This document shows positions 9,997 through 20,440 of a DNA stretch of 64,000 nucleotides, piece by piece. The position numbers were made by a program, and so were the translations under genes. The stretch comes from Lama guanicoe (lineage: Eukaryota). The notes beneath the pieces are model-generated. The model was not told where the DNA came from, did not search any database, and worked only from the letters and a program-made list of their open reading frames with translations. The stretch lies in contig MU054117.1 in NCBI GenBank assembly GCA_013239625.1, positions 3,038,011-3,102,010 on the forward strand. The letters are read 5' to 3'. Positions within the stretch are counted from its first letter, which is position 1, and each line of letters begins with the position of its first letter.

Positions 9997-11900
9997 TAGG
10001 GGCGGGGGTGAAGGGGTTCTTCTGTGATTAATAACACAGACCACAAGGAGGCAGGACTGAGCATAAACTGCATTTAAAAACTAGACACCACCTTGCCTTC
10101 TACTCCAGCAGGCGCTGGGTGGGGATCTGTGTTTGTCTCCACTCTTCTCACCTTCTCTATCCTGTTCTCTCGAGACACAGCACTTTTCTACCAAAACCCA
10201 CTGAATAATGCAGCTGAAGTGGAGGAATTGTATGGTATATGAATTATATCTCAATAAGTCTGTTAAAACAATTAATTGTTTAAAAGGCTAGGATCTTGGC
10301 TCTCCCCTCCCTGGTTTACCTTCTGACCTGTCCCCTTGGGACCCAGAACCCCCACGGAAAAATGTTCACTATTCCTCAGCCGCAAGCACAAAAGTTACAA
10401 TTTTGTTTTGACTCCAAGGCTTACAGCATTATGCCGAGGAAGATTCTTTCCCATTATACCTTCAAGACCAATTTTCTTTACAAATAGTAACCTTTTTATG
10501 TTAAGACAAACACACGCATATTGTGGAGAAGAAGGCAGTGTTCACACACACTGGTGGGTTTGAAGCAGTTCCTGGCTCCGGGCTAGCGGCTCCCAGTAGG
10601 GGGTGAGGTGGCCACTATGGGACACACCATGTTAATGTCCAGAGCGTCAGGGGCTGACCCAAGTGCTGGTTCTCATTAGCCGAGTGATAATAAGCAAGCC
10701 ACATGCTTTCGGGGCCTCCGTTTCTCATATAAAAGATGAGATCATTGGACCAGGTAAACCCAAGCTTGCTGCCAGCTCTCACAGCCCCTGGTCTGATGTC
10801 ATAAGGAGAGAAGTCAGATGCTGGGCTCAGAGACATCAGCCAAGATGCCCAGAGATACAGGGAGCAAAAGATACATTGTGTACCTTTGAGGAACGGTTCA
10901 TTTACTGGAGGAGATGAAAAAGAGCCACGTGAGAGTCTTGACAAATGTATGAGTTAAATATACAAACCATCCAAAAAATGCCAAGGACAGGGAGCAGCTG
11001 AGAATGCTGAGCAATCAGATCCCTGGTCCAGATCACCTTGCTTTTTGACTCACCTGTGCACCTAAAGCGACAAGGGAGCTCTTAACCTGCCAAATCCTGG
11101 GCCCCATGGGCCAGGTCTCCTAACACAAAAGCACTCCTGGTCACTTTTGTGTCGATACAAAGGCTTCGAATCACAGAATAAGAAATTCTCAGAGCAGAAG
11201 ACGCTTCTCAGCATCATCCAGTCCAAACCTCTCCATCTTCACTTAGCACTTGGGATGATGCTGGTCTCCTGCTTATAATATTTTTATTTGGTAGACTGTC
11301 CTTAACATTATCCTTGATCCTGTATAATCCTGAAGCTACAACAGGAATGCACATAAAATCCTTCTCTTCAAAGCCCAGTGGATGACGTAGGAAATGGCTT
11401 TAAGATGAGTCTTATCATCGGCATAGAGTGGGGCCGGATCTGCCCAGCAACCAAGTCGCAAAAATCGTTTGTGCGTTTCCCTGCATCTTCTGTTCACACT
11501 CCCCGAGGCTGTTTCTGAGTGTTTCTACAAGTCTCTGCTCACAGGCCTTTCGTCATCTTAAACTGCCCTGAGTTCTTTAAAAAAAAAAAAAGTGAAATGA
11601 AAGGGAAATAGAGAGGAAAAATCACTGTGATCTCTCCCATTCAATTTGTTCATTTTCATTTTTCCTGGGAGATCTGGCTTCCTGGATTAATATTTACTCT
11701 AAGGGCTAGACTGAAAACTGGCATCTCTAGGTAATATCTCGGGGAAGGCCTGCCTGGATGATACAGGAATATTAAATATTTGGCCCCTAGAGGTTTCTTC
11801 CAATCCCAAAATTCTGGGGTCCAGAAAGGAAGGGTGGTCCCTCATAGATTGTTCAAAACTGGGTTTTTTATTTCCCAGCTGGGAAAGAATGTGCTCATGT

Positions 11901-11917
11901 CACCACTAGATGGCGAT
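11901..11917 (+). promoter_or_regulatory. CTCF motif
   Basis: CCACTAGATGGCG at 11903-11915 matches the CTCF core CCASYAGRKGGCR exactly, in non-repeat context. Confidence 0.65.
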
Positions 11918-12484
11918 GGCAGACACGGAAGAGTGGCTCTGATTTTTAAAAATGTGAGCATAAACTTTCTAATAAGCCGGAGATTTCCTTTGTTTCTGGG
12001 TGACCAAGATCAGCTTTGGTCAAGCACATTTCAGAATAGCTTTCTGGAGCAGCAATAATCTAATTGTACCGCTTTACCCTAAATCAACCAGATGGTCAAG
12101 ACTGAATGAAAACAGAACGGTATGTCTTTAGGAGTAAAAGGAAGTATAAAGAATGATAAACCTCCTATCTCTGTGGGGCCAAAAACAGAGACTTGCAGTC
12201 AGGGACATAAGTAGGCACTGCGATCAGCGGTGATAAGTACTAGATGCTTATTCGGACACGGGTGGACCTTTGCCTGACAGATGAGGTGGACACGGACTCA
12301 GGGAGCCTCAAATTAAAGTAGGAATTAAAGCAGGAGGAGCAACCCGTATTGCTTTAACACATCCGGGTCTGTCCGAGGATTATTCGGTGGATCATCTGAT
12401 GAATAATTCACTGTTTCCATTTTAACCGCTAACCCAGCTCTGATGAGCCAACATCGAAGTGGGGTCGGGGTTTAGGATTTGGAA

Positions 12485-12755
12485 GGGCGCTCCCGGGGTC
12501 TCGGCCACCCTCTCTGCTCCTGCGGGGACGCCTCCCACGTGAGCGAGGGCTGGTCCAGTCTGTTCACACGCGCGGCAAGCTGGCCACGCGGAGCAGCGGC
12601 GGCTACGCCTCCCTCCGGACGGCCGCGGTAGTTAGAACGCTCGCCCTGGGCGCGAGCCGGAGCGCGGTGCCCGGCGACCCCGCGGGGGCCTCCGCTCATA
12701 CGCCTTCTCCCGAAGCAGGCGACGGTCAGGCCGTCTCTCAGCCTCAAGCGCTGTC
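12485..12755. promoter_or_regulatory. Small orphan CpG-rich island
   Basis: Very dense CpG (acgcgcgg, ggccgcgg, ggcgcgagccggagcgcgg) with no associated coding exon. Confidence 0.55.
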
Positions 12756-12840
12756 CGTTTCTTCAACCTTTTTCCACATGACGTGTTTCTGTCCTTGTCT
12801 TGCTTCCCTTTCTCTGATTCATCTTAAAAAAGTGCTCTGC

Positions 12841-12995
12841 GGGGAAGGGTGTAGCTCAGTGGTAGTGTGAGCTTAGCATGCACGAGGTCCTGGGTTCAAG
12901 CCCTAGTCCCTCCGCTTCAAATAAATAATAAATAATAAATAAGACTAATTACCGCTCCAATAAGTAAATTAAAAAACACAAGTGAAAAATAAATT
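12841..12995 (+). mobile_element. tRNA-derived camelid SINE (vic-1-like)
   Basis: Head 'ggggaagggtgtagctcagtggtag' (A box), 'gaggtcctgggttcaagccc' (B box), A-rich linker, 'ctaattacc' and tail. Imperfect TSD aagtgctctg / aagtgttctg. Confidence 0.85.
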
Positions 12996-13336
12996 TAAAA
13001 CAAGTGTTCTGATCACAGAGCCAGCAGGACCATTAGCTGCCTTGATTTAAGCTCTAGGCATCTCTGAATGCAGCCGAAGTTGGGTTAACTCTCTTCACTA
13101 TTTCCTCTTTGGAGCCTGTGGACAGACTCCGGGGTCATTCCCCTGAATGTGGTGAGTCAGACTGGCTCACTCTCTGTCTATGCAACTGATTTTCAGAATT
13201 AAAATACAGGAGTTGGAAATTAACACAACATGGTAGACTGACTATGCTTCAGTTTAAAATAAGTATTTAGAAAAATAAATCAGTTGGTAGAGCAGTTATT
13301 AGTAGTTAAGATTCTATGAAGTAAAATAAGCCTTGG

Positions 13337-13638
13337 AACAGACTCACAGGCAGAGAAAACAAACTCATGGTTACGGGGGAGGGGGGCTGGGGAGCGGAGG
13401 GAAGGGCTAAATTGGGAGTCCGAGATTTGCAGATACTAACTAATACAAAGCAGATAAACAGCAAGTTTATACTGTACAGCACAGGGAACTATATTCAATA
13501 CCTTGTAGCAACCTATGGTGAAAAAGAGAATGAAAACAAATATATGAATGTCCCTATGTGACTGAAGGATGGTGCTGTACACCAGAAATTGACACAACAT
13601 TGTGAACTGACTGTACTTCAGTAAAAATATATTTTAAA
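13337..13638 (+). mobile_element. 5'-truncated L1 3'UTR with 14-bp TSD
   Basis: 'acagactcacaggcagagaaaacaaactcatggttac...gcacagggaactatattcaatacc'. TSD AAAATAAGCCTTGG 13323-13336 and AAAATAAACCTTGG 13639-13652 (1 mismatch). A second tiny L1 tail lies at about 13205-13280. Confidence 0.88.
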
Positions 13639-13839
13639 AAAATAAACCTTGGGATATTTGTCTATTGTATTTATAAGTAATAAATGTTATAAATTTGAAG
13701 CAGCATAAATATATGCCAGTAAAATATCAATTTGTGGTTTTATAAAAATAAAAGAAAGTAAAATGCAGGTGTTATGCCCTGTGGCTGCAGGATGTAAGCT
13801 CACAGCTGTGATCTGTCAGAGTTACACTGGGTCCATTTC

Positions 13840-14085
13840 CACCAGACTCTGGTGACAGACACACCTGGATTGAAAATTCTGTTCCTCCCCTCCTGAGCTC
13901 TCATCTCGGGCAAAGGCCTCATCTCAAAGCATCAATTCCCTCATCTCTGAAATGGAGAGAACATTGCTACCTGCCTCCTAGGGTGGTACAATTTAAATGT
14001 GATCGTTCCGTGGGAAAAGTAAATAGAACACAGTTCACAGGACGGGGCAAGCGCTCGGTAAGCGTTTGCCGTGATTATCACTGTT
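13840..14085 (+). mobile_element. MIR SINE (near full length)
   Basis: 'ccagactctgg...cagacacacctgg...ttccctcatctctgaaatggag...tacctgcctcctagggtggt...gcgctcggtaagcgtt'. Confidence 0.75.
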
Positions 14086-14649
14086 ACTGTCAATACTCTA
14101 ATCCTTCATGCTGGCTCTCCCCGCCGTCCACGGCATGTGACAGTCTGATCAGCATCCCCTTTAAGACACAGACAAAACTACTTGCAAGTGGACGGGTAAC
14201 AGAGAGAGCCCTCCACGGCTCACCGCTTAGCTTCCCTCCAGGCTGGTGGAGGCGCTAATCAGCAGTCTTTAGGTGTCACTCTCAGCCCAGCCGGGCCGTT
14301 CCCACTGGCCGGGAGCCAGCTCACGTCTCACCCACAAGGAGGTTATGATAGATCTTGTCAAACGCCGTGCTGAAAGCAAGGACGGTTTTGATGCCTCCTC
14401 GTTCTACCAGTCTAATATCCCTATCAAAAAAGGAATAAACGAAGACATGTTTTGTTTCCTGAGACTTCGGGCTGGCGCTGAGTGAGCTCCGCTTTCTAAA
14501 GGCTTACAAAGAGTCTGCTTAATGACCTGTTCAGCTGATGGGTTAAAGTGGTCAAATTGTGGGCTATTTCCCCTTTCGTTTCTATTATTATAATAATGTT
14601 TGTGGAGCAAATAGCTTTTTAAAATTCGGTTCTAGAATTCTGCCAGGGA

Positions 14650-14870
14650 CAATTGTCAAGCTGACTGGCTTATCGTTTTTATAATGTGCCCCTTTCCCCC
14701 TTTCTCTGAGAATTGGGACAACTTTGTTCTTCCCTCGTCTGCTAACCGTTTTGCTATTCTCCATGCTTTTTCAAAGATTATTGACAATGGTTCTGGGAGT
14801 TCTTTGAGCAACCTGGGATGTGATTTGTCTGAGTCTGGAGATTTGAATTTATTAAGGGGGGTGAAAAACA
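14650..14870 (-). mobile_element. CR1/L3 LINE ORF2 (RT N-terminal region) fossil
   Basis: Translation LNKFKSPDSDKSHPRLLKELPEPLSIIFEKAWR aligns with the CR1 ORF2 motif L..hKS.GPD.lHPRVLKELA.viAEPLSIIFEKSWR. Confidence 0.85.
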
Positions 14871-14879
14871 GCACACTAG

Positions 14880-15020
14880 TCTCTCGCTCTGGCTTCTCCA
14901 TTTATCAGCTGGGTGCGTGTGGGCAGGTTTTGATTTTATTTCAGCTGAAATTTCCCCATCTGGGAAACAAGACATTTGGACCAGATGACGTTGGAGGCTC
15001 TTTCAAGGTCTGATGCTCTT
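14880..15020 (+). mobile_element. MIR3-like SINE
   Basis: Core 'tttccccatctgggaaac' followed by an L3-type tail 'ttggaccagatgacgttggaggctctttcaaggtctgatgctct'. Confidence 0.6.
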
Positions 15021-17444
15021 TGTTCTGTGTCTCAAGCCATCTAACGTTTTTCTGACTAACTTTTCTTATTTATTTTGGCTTTCAGTTTCTGCTCAGTACA
15101 ATTTCTTCTGCCATTTTGTGTTGCTTGGTGGACACATTTCGGTTTAGAATCCAGACGCCTTAAGCTGGCACTCGGGGCCGACACACCTGGCGGGACATTT
15201 CGCCCCATTCCCGGGTCTGTTTGTCTCTGTTCAGATGGGCAGGGCCCATCTTCCAAGCGCATGTGCCTCTCTGTCCTTCTGCTAAGGTCCCTTCCCTAGG
15301 GTGGACCACCATCCCCAGCCACCTGGCTCCGTCAGATTCCACTCCTCCTTTAAGGCCCAGTTCAGGTACCAATTCTCATCGGAGGGGTTTCCCACCCACT
15401 GCCAGCCCCGTGCCCTCCTTCCTCTAAATGCCTGACGCATTCGGTGCAGATCCCCTGGCGCTTCCTGGAGAGCACCCTGGCAGCGTCTGGGCGTGGGCGG
15501 GAGGTTGAACGGTACAGTTATTGATCTCTCCCTGACGGTCACTGCCAGGATGCCCAGTCAACCCTAGTGGATGCTGAATGAACTCCAGGCTGTTAAGAGT
15601 CTTCCCTAATCAGAGCATTTAGGTAATTACCTAAAGTGGGGAAGAGTCTTTTTCACCTTAGGAGTCATGGAAAGGTGAGCTCAGGTCATTTAACCCTTGA
15701 TGTCTTAATATATTTTAAGACAAGAAGAGGATTCTAGTACACAATTGACAATGAAGCCCAAACTGGCTCATTTTCCTCCCGAAGCCAGCGCAGGGAAGGG
15801 ACTGGAGAAGAGGTGCTGAATGTACAAAGTTACCAACTGGTTCAGGGTCGAGTGTGACTCACTGGTGCCCAGGCTATCCAGACCTGACGTTTCCTCTGTT
15901 GGCCAGCGTGGCGACACAGCCTGAGGCGCTGGGATGGAGGCCAGGTTTATACTTTATCTAATAAACAGTGCAGACACATTTCTTGGCCACGAAGGGTCGA
16001 CTTCTGCGTGTCCCCATCAAACCAGGCGGACGTCCCAGCAAATGCGCACGGCGCAAACGCGCACACACCTGGAGAGGCAGGATTGGCTCCCCCGGTCCCC
16101 TCCCCACACAGGTGTGAAATCCGCGTCCCAGTACACTGTAAATTGTAGTGAGTAATCTCAGCACAACACTTCGGAATCCCACCACTGCCATAAAAGTACC
16201 ACAGTTGTGACAAACGACTTGTGATGAGCTTGTAACAGAGGAAAAATAAGGTCTTTCCAAACATGAGCTACTCACAAGCTCACAAAGCCAACGAAAGCCG
16301 CTCGCTGGCTTCCCAGGCTCTGGGCATCCGGCTCGCACCAGACCCTGCTGGGGACGTGGCGTTTGGGACGCGGAGACCCAGAGAAGATACACGGACCTCC
16401 CTTACGAGAAGTTCACGGTCTTGGGGGCAAGACCGCCAAGTAAACAGGTGAGATCCGCGTGCTATGAGAAGAGCTGTAACCGGGAACTGCGAAGCCACCA
16501 TGGAGGAGGAAGGAACCTCTGCTCCTGCAGCGCTCCTGCAGCGCGTGCCCTTGCAAGCACCCTCCTCCCCGCTCCCGCAAGCTCCCCTGACTGGGAGAAG
16601 AGGCTCACGGGCTTCTCTGGGGGTCACCACCTCTGCCCGAGAGGGGGTCTTCCATCTCCCAGAGGAAGTCAGGAGCTGAGAGCCTCCACCGCTTCCTGCT
16701 GTAAAGAACGCTGCAAACCACATCCCTCCCGGCCTGCAGAGCAGTGTTTGGACTGCTCTTTCATTGCCGTGGTTGAGGGTGACAAGCCCACATTTCCCAG
16801 GCGAATGAAGTCCATCCAGGGCTTAGTAAGCTCGTAATAAACGGGAGTGTTTATAACTGTTAAATAGAATGATAAGAGTGGAAGCCCTTCCAGGAAAGCA
16901 AAAGTAAAACGTGCAGAGAAACAGCCAGCTGCGTGCGCTGCTGGAAGAGTATTATCAGGTGTGGGAACATGAACGCCTGCACCCCGGCTCCCTCTTAAGT
17001 TACAATCATCCAGAAATGACACCACCGCAGCCACGCCACATCCTGTTTCCAAAGAGCACTGTCCAGTCCCGTCACTCTGAGTGGGGGAAGTACTTTCCCT
17101 GGGAAATCTCATCCCTCACATGCCTGACCCCCTGACCCTCATCCCCCCAGCTTTCCAGGTCGCAAACCACAGGCCAGTCCATGGCCTGGCCCCTGGCTGT
17201 CCCGCCACCTCTCCCCCTCCCCTCCAGCTTGGTCCCTGATGCCTGGGCAGGGAGGGCTCCTGCCCTCCCCAGTCCCCTGCTGGACCTTTCCCAGGGGGAG
17301 GGGGAGAGCAGTCCATCCTTCCTCCTGAGCAAATGGCCCCAAGGTCACACTTGTAGGTTGGGGTGGGGGGAGGGCGGCTGTGGACCGTGACCTGGCTCCT
17401 TTGTGAGCCTCTGCGTGTCTGCACAATCGGCCTTCCACCAGCAG

Positions 17445-17912
17445 AATATACACATATATATTCCTTTTCATACTCTTTTTCATTATAGGCTATTACAGAG
17501 TATTGAATATAGTTCCCTGTGCTGTGCAGTAGGGCCTTGTTGTTAATTTTTTAGATAATAGTTAGTATGTACAAACCCCACACTCCCAGTTTATCCCTCC
17601 CTCCCTCCTTTCCCCTCATTGGCAATCATACATTTTTTTTCTATGTCTGTGAGTCTCTTTCTGTTTTGTGAATAAGTTCATTTGTGTCACTCTTTTTTAG
17701 ATTCCACATATAAGTGATATCATATGGTATTTTTCTTTGTCTGTCTAACTTACTTCACTTAGTATGACGATCTCCAGATCCATCCATGTTCCTGCAAATG
17801 GCATGATTTTATTCTTTTTTATGGCTTAGTAGTACTCCATTATATGGATATACCACAACTGTTTTATCCAGTCCTCTGTCCATGGACATTTAGGTTGCTT
17901 CCACGTCTTGGC
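17445..17912 (-). mobile_element. L1 3' fragment
   Basis: 'tattgaatatagttccctgtgctg...gtctgtgagtct...gattccacatataagtgatatcatatggtat...ggacatttaggttgcttccac'. Confidence 0.9.
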
Positions 17913-18739
17913 ACAAGGCTTTATTATTCCCTGAAGGTTGCAGAGTCCAGCCATGAAGGCACCATCCCCAAGAAGAAATTTTGGGACTTCTCATGTTGAG
18001 TGGAGTCCTGTCAGAACACCCCCAGGGACACACATTTGCATCCAGACTGAGAGGCATGCGGAGACAGTAAGTGACAAAGAGAATGAGGAAAGCAGCATGA
18101 GACTGGACATCTACACGTCCTGCTTCACATTGTCTCACATGAGCGGCAGAGCCCTCCAACCACACGGACCGGGGGGATTTTAGGACACAGTGCATCTCAC
18201 TTTCCCACCTCCTCCCTCTGTACAGTCTTGCTGGGAGGCTCTGGGACACGTGAAGGGTCTTGAAATGACTTGCCCTGTAGAAGCTGCTGCGACGATGCTG
18301 AGACAGAAACCCTGCATCACCGCGCGGGTGTGACAACCACTGCCATCTCTGCCACCCCGCCCTCTCCAAGGGGCCCTTTCCTTATGTCACCCTCCAGCTC
18401 CCTCAAAATGTCTTGTTTGGTCCTTAGAGGCTCCCTGGTTCTGGGAGCCCCTCCTCTAGGGCAGCAATGTGGTTGAGCTGAGTGTAAGAGACACATCTGT
18501 GGTTTTCATAACCTTTGCTTCCTACTTTCCCACGTGGCAGAAATCTTTCTCTTCAAAACCAGGAAAAACAATGGAGCAGCAGCATGGCCAAGGGCACTGC
18601 AAACTCAAAGACCAAGCAGGACCAAGCAGAGAATATAAATGAGGGCAGGACTGGGGATTATGGCAGCTTGGAAAGGGCACGGTCTCTCTACAGGGATCGC
18701 CACTATTCAGCTCGGCTGATGGTCACCGTAGAGGGAAAT

Positions 18740-18905
18740 GCCAGTCCAGAGATTTGTGAAAGAAGTTGGAAATTTGGAATTTGATGCAACATCTCCCAAA
18801 TTGTGAGTATGGGCAGTATATTCAAAAATTTTTAAGTGCCGTGTTGTCCAAGAACCATATCCCTGGGCCGAGTAGTCCTCTGAGCTGCTCACTTACAACC
18901 CGTTC
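18740..18905. mobile_element. hAT-Charlie MITE fragment (MER103-like)
   Basis: 'gaagttggaaatttggaatttgatgcaacatctccc...ttcaaaaatttttaagtgccgtg...tgggccgag' resembles my recollection of MER103. A similar piece lies near 29430-29480. Confidence 0.4.
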
Positions 18906-18919
18906 CGCAGGAAAAGGAG

Positions 18920-19080
18920 CATGAGTCGGAGAACTGCATCGCTCAAGTTCAGCTCCTGGCCTTACCTAATGGACCACAGACAAAGTTATTTCAAGTTGCT
19001 TAACCTAAGTTTCGTTTTTCCCATCTCTGAAGTCAGGAGGGTGCTTCCGGGATTGGTAAGAAGGTGAAAAGAAACAATGG
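18920..19080 (+). mobile_element. MIR SINE fragment
   Basis: 'caagttgcttaacctaagtttcgtttttcccatctctgaag' core. Confidence 0.55.
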
Positions 19081-19427
19081 GGTTGGTACTCCACGCTAAC
19101 GTCCCTTCCTCCTCCATTTCTGCCCTCTCCCCTCTGCCTCTGCACAGTGAACTGGAAGGAAGAGCTCCTCTGCATTCTTCTTCAAAGCAAGTTAAGGAAC
19201 ATTTTTTTTAATCATTTGTCATATGTTTTTCTAGGAACGTTAACTAGGAGGAGCCTAAATGCCCAATCCCAGGGGCTCATCAGGCTCCATCGGTGTCTGC
19301 GACGGGAAGCAAGCCTGAAGAGGAGGTTTCTGGTTCCTGCTGTTACTGTATCTTGTTTTATTATGTTGTTGCTTGGTTGTTTAAAGGATGAGAGGACAGA
19401 GGAAGTATGAAAGAAATATTCTTCCTG

Positions 19428-19945
19428 CAACTTAAGCGTCCATCGACAGATGAATGGATAAAGATGTGGTATATATATATATAATGGAACACTACTCAGT
19501 CATAAACAGGAATAAAATAATGCCATTTGCAGCGACATGGAAGGACCTGCAGATGATCAAACTAAATGAAGTCAGTCAGACAGAGAAAGGCAAATATCAT
19601 ATGGTATCACTTATATGTGGTAGTACAAAAACTGCTACAAATGAACTTACTTACAAAACGGAAACAGATTCACAGACATAGCAAACAAACTTATGGTTAC
19701 CAAAGGGGAAAGGGAGGGTATAAATTAGGAGTTTAGGGTTAGCAGATACAAACGACTGTATATAAGAGATAAACAAGGTCCTACTGCACAGCACAGGGAA
19801 CTATATTCAGTATCTTGTACTAAACCATAATGGAAAGGAATCTGGGAAAGAATATATGTACACATATATGTAGTAACTGAATCACTTTGCTGTACACCTG
19901 AAACTAACAGAACATTGTAAATCAACGTTACTTCAATTAAAAAAA
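19428..19945 (+). mobile_element. 5'-truncated L1 (ORF2 end plus 3'UTR)
   Basis: Translates to a decayed ORF2 C-terminus (IMPFAATWKDLQMIKLNEVSQTEKGKYHMVSLICG). Short poly-A. Possible TSD aaatattcttc / aaacattcttc. Confidence 0.9.
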
Positions 19946-20440
19946 CATTCTTCTCAGAATTAAATTCTGACAGTACAACCTCCCGTGACTCTGACTCTGA
20001 AGTGAAGAGAAGACCCGGAGCCAGCAGAGGAAGCCCTCCAGCACCCTCGGCTTTTCAAAGAGCCTTTCACAAAAGTGCGAGGGAGGAGCACGGAACCGGA
20101 GGGGAAAGCACAGGGTGTCGCAGGCTTGTAGCCCCGTGTTTGCAAGGCTGGGGCCCAGAATCTAGCTGAGACTTGCCGCAGATGCTCAGGAACAGCAAAA
20201 AGAGCTTTGTGTGAGTATGTTTTGAGCAGGAAGAACAGGGAAGGGCCGGGTCCAGGGCTTGGGGCAGACGGTGTAATGCTAGCAGATGAGAGACACAGAG
20301 CGGAACGGCTCCAGGCCTGTGTCCCCGCCGCCTTCTCCATCTCCAGGAAGGATATTCTGCCTGGAGAGGGTCTTATCGACGGGGTTGAGAGGAAACTGCA
20401 GCCCCAGATGTGACGCTCCGTAGGCAGCCCATACCTGTCC

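Noticed and set aside
10266..10281. 16-bp palindrome AAACAATTAATTGTTT (inverted SOX-like sites); also a 14-bp one at 3448-3461
   Set aside because: About one 16-mer and several 14-mers are expected by chance in 64 kb. This one sits at an old L1 A-tail.
12450..12471. TGATGAGCCAACATCGAAGTG resembles the reverse complement of a conserved LSU rRNA motif, and CTGATGA...CGAA resembles a hammerhead ribozyme core
   Set aside because: Only about 20 nt match, with no flanking rRNA similarity. The hammerhead needs GAAA and a real stem II, and neither is present.
12841..12912. tRNA gene (A and B boxes); similar heads in the SINEs at 26978-27112, 36266-36385 and 37941-38042
   Set aside because: Followed by A-rich SINE tails, mostly with TSDs, and present as several diverged copies. 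These are SINE heads, not tRNA genes.
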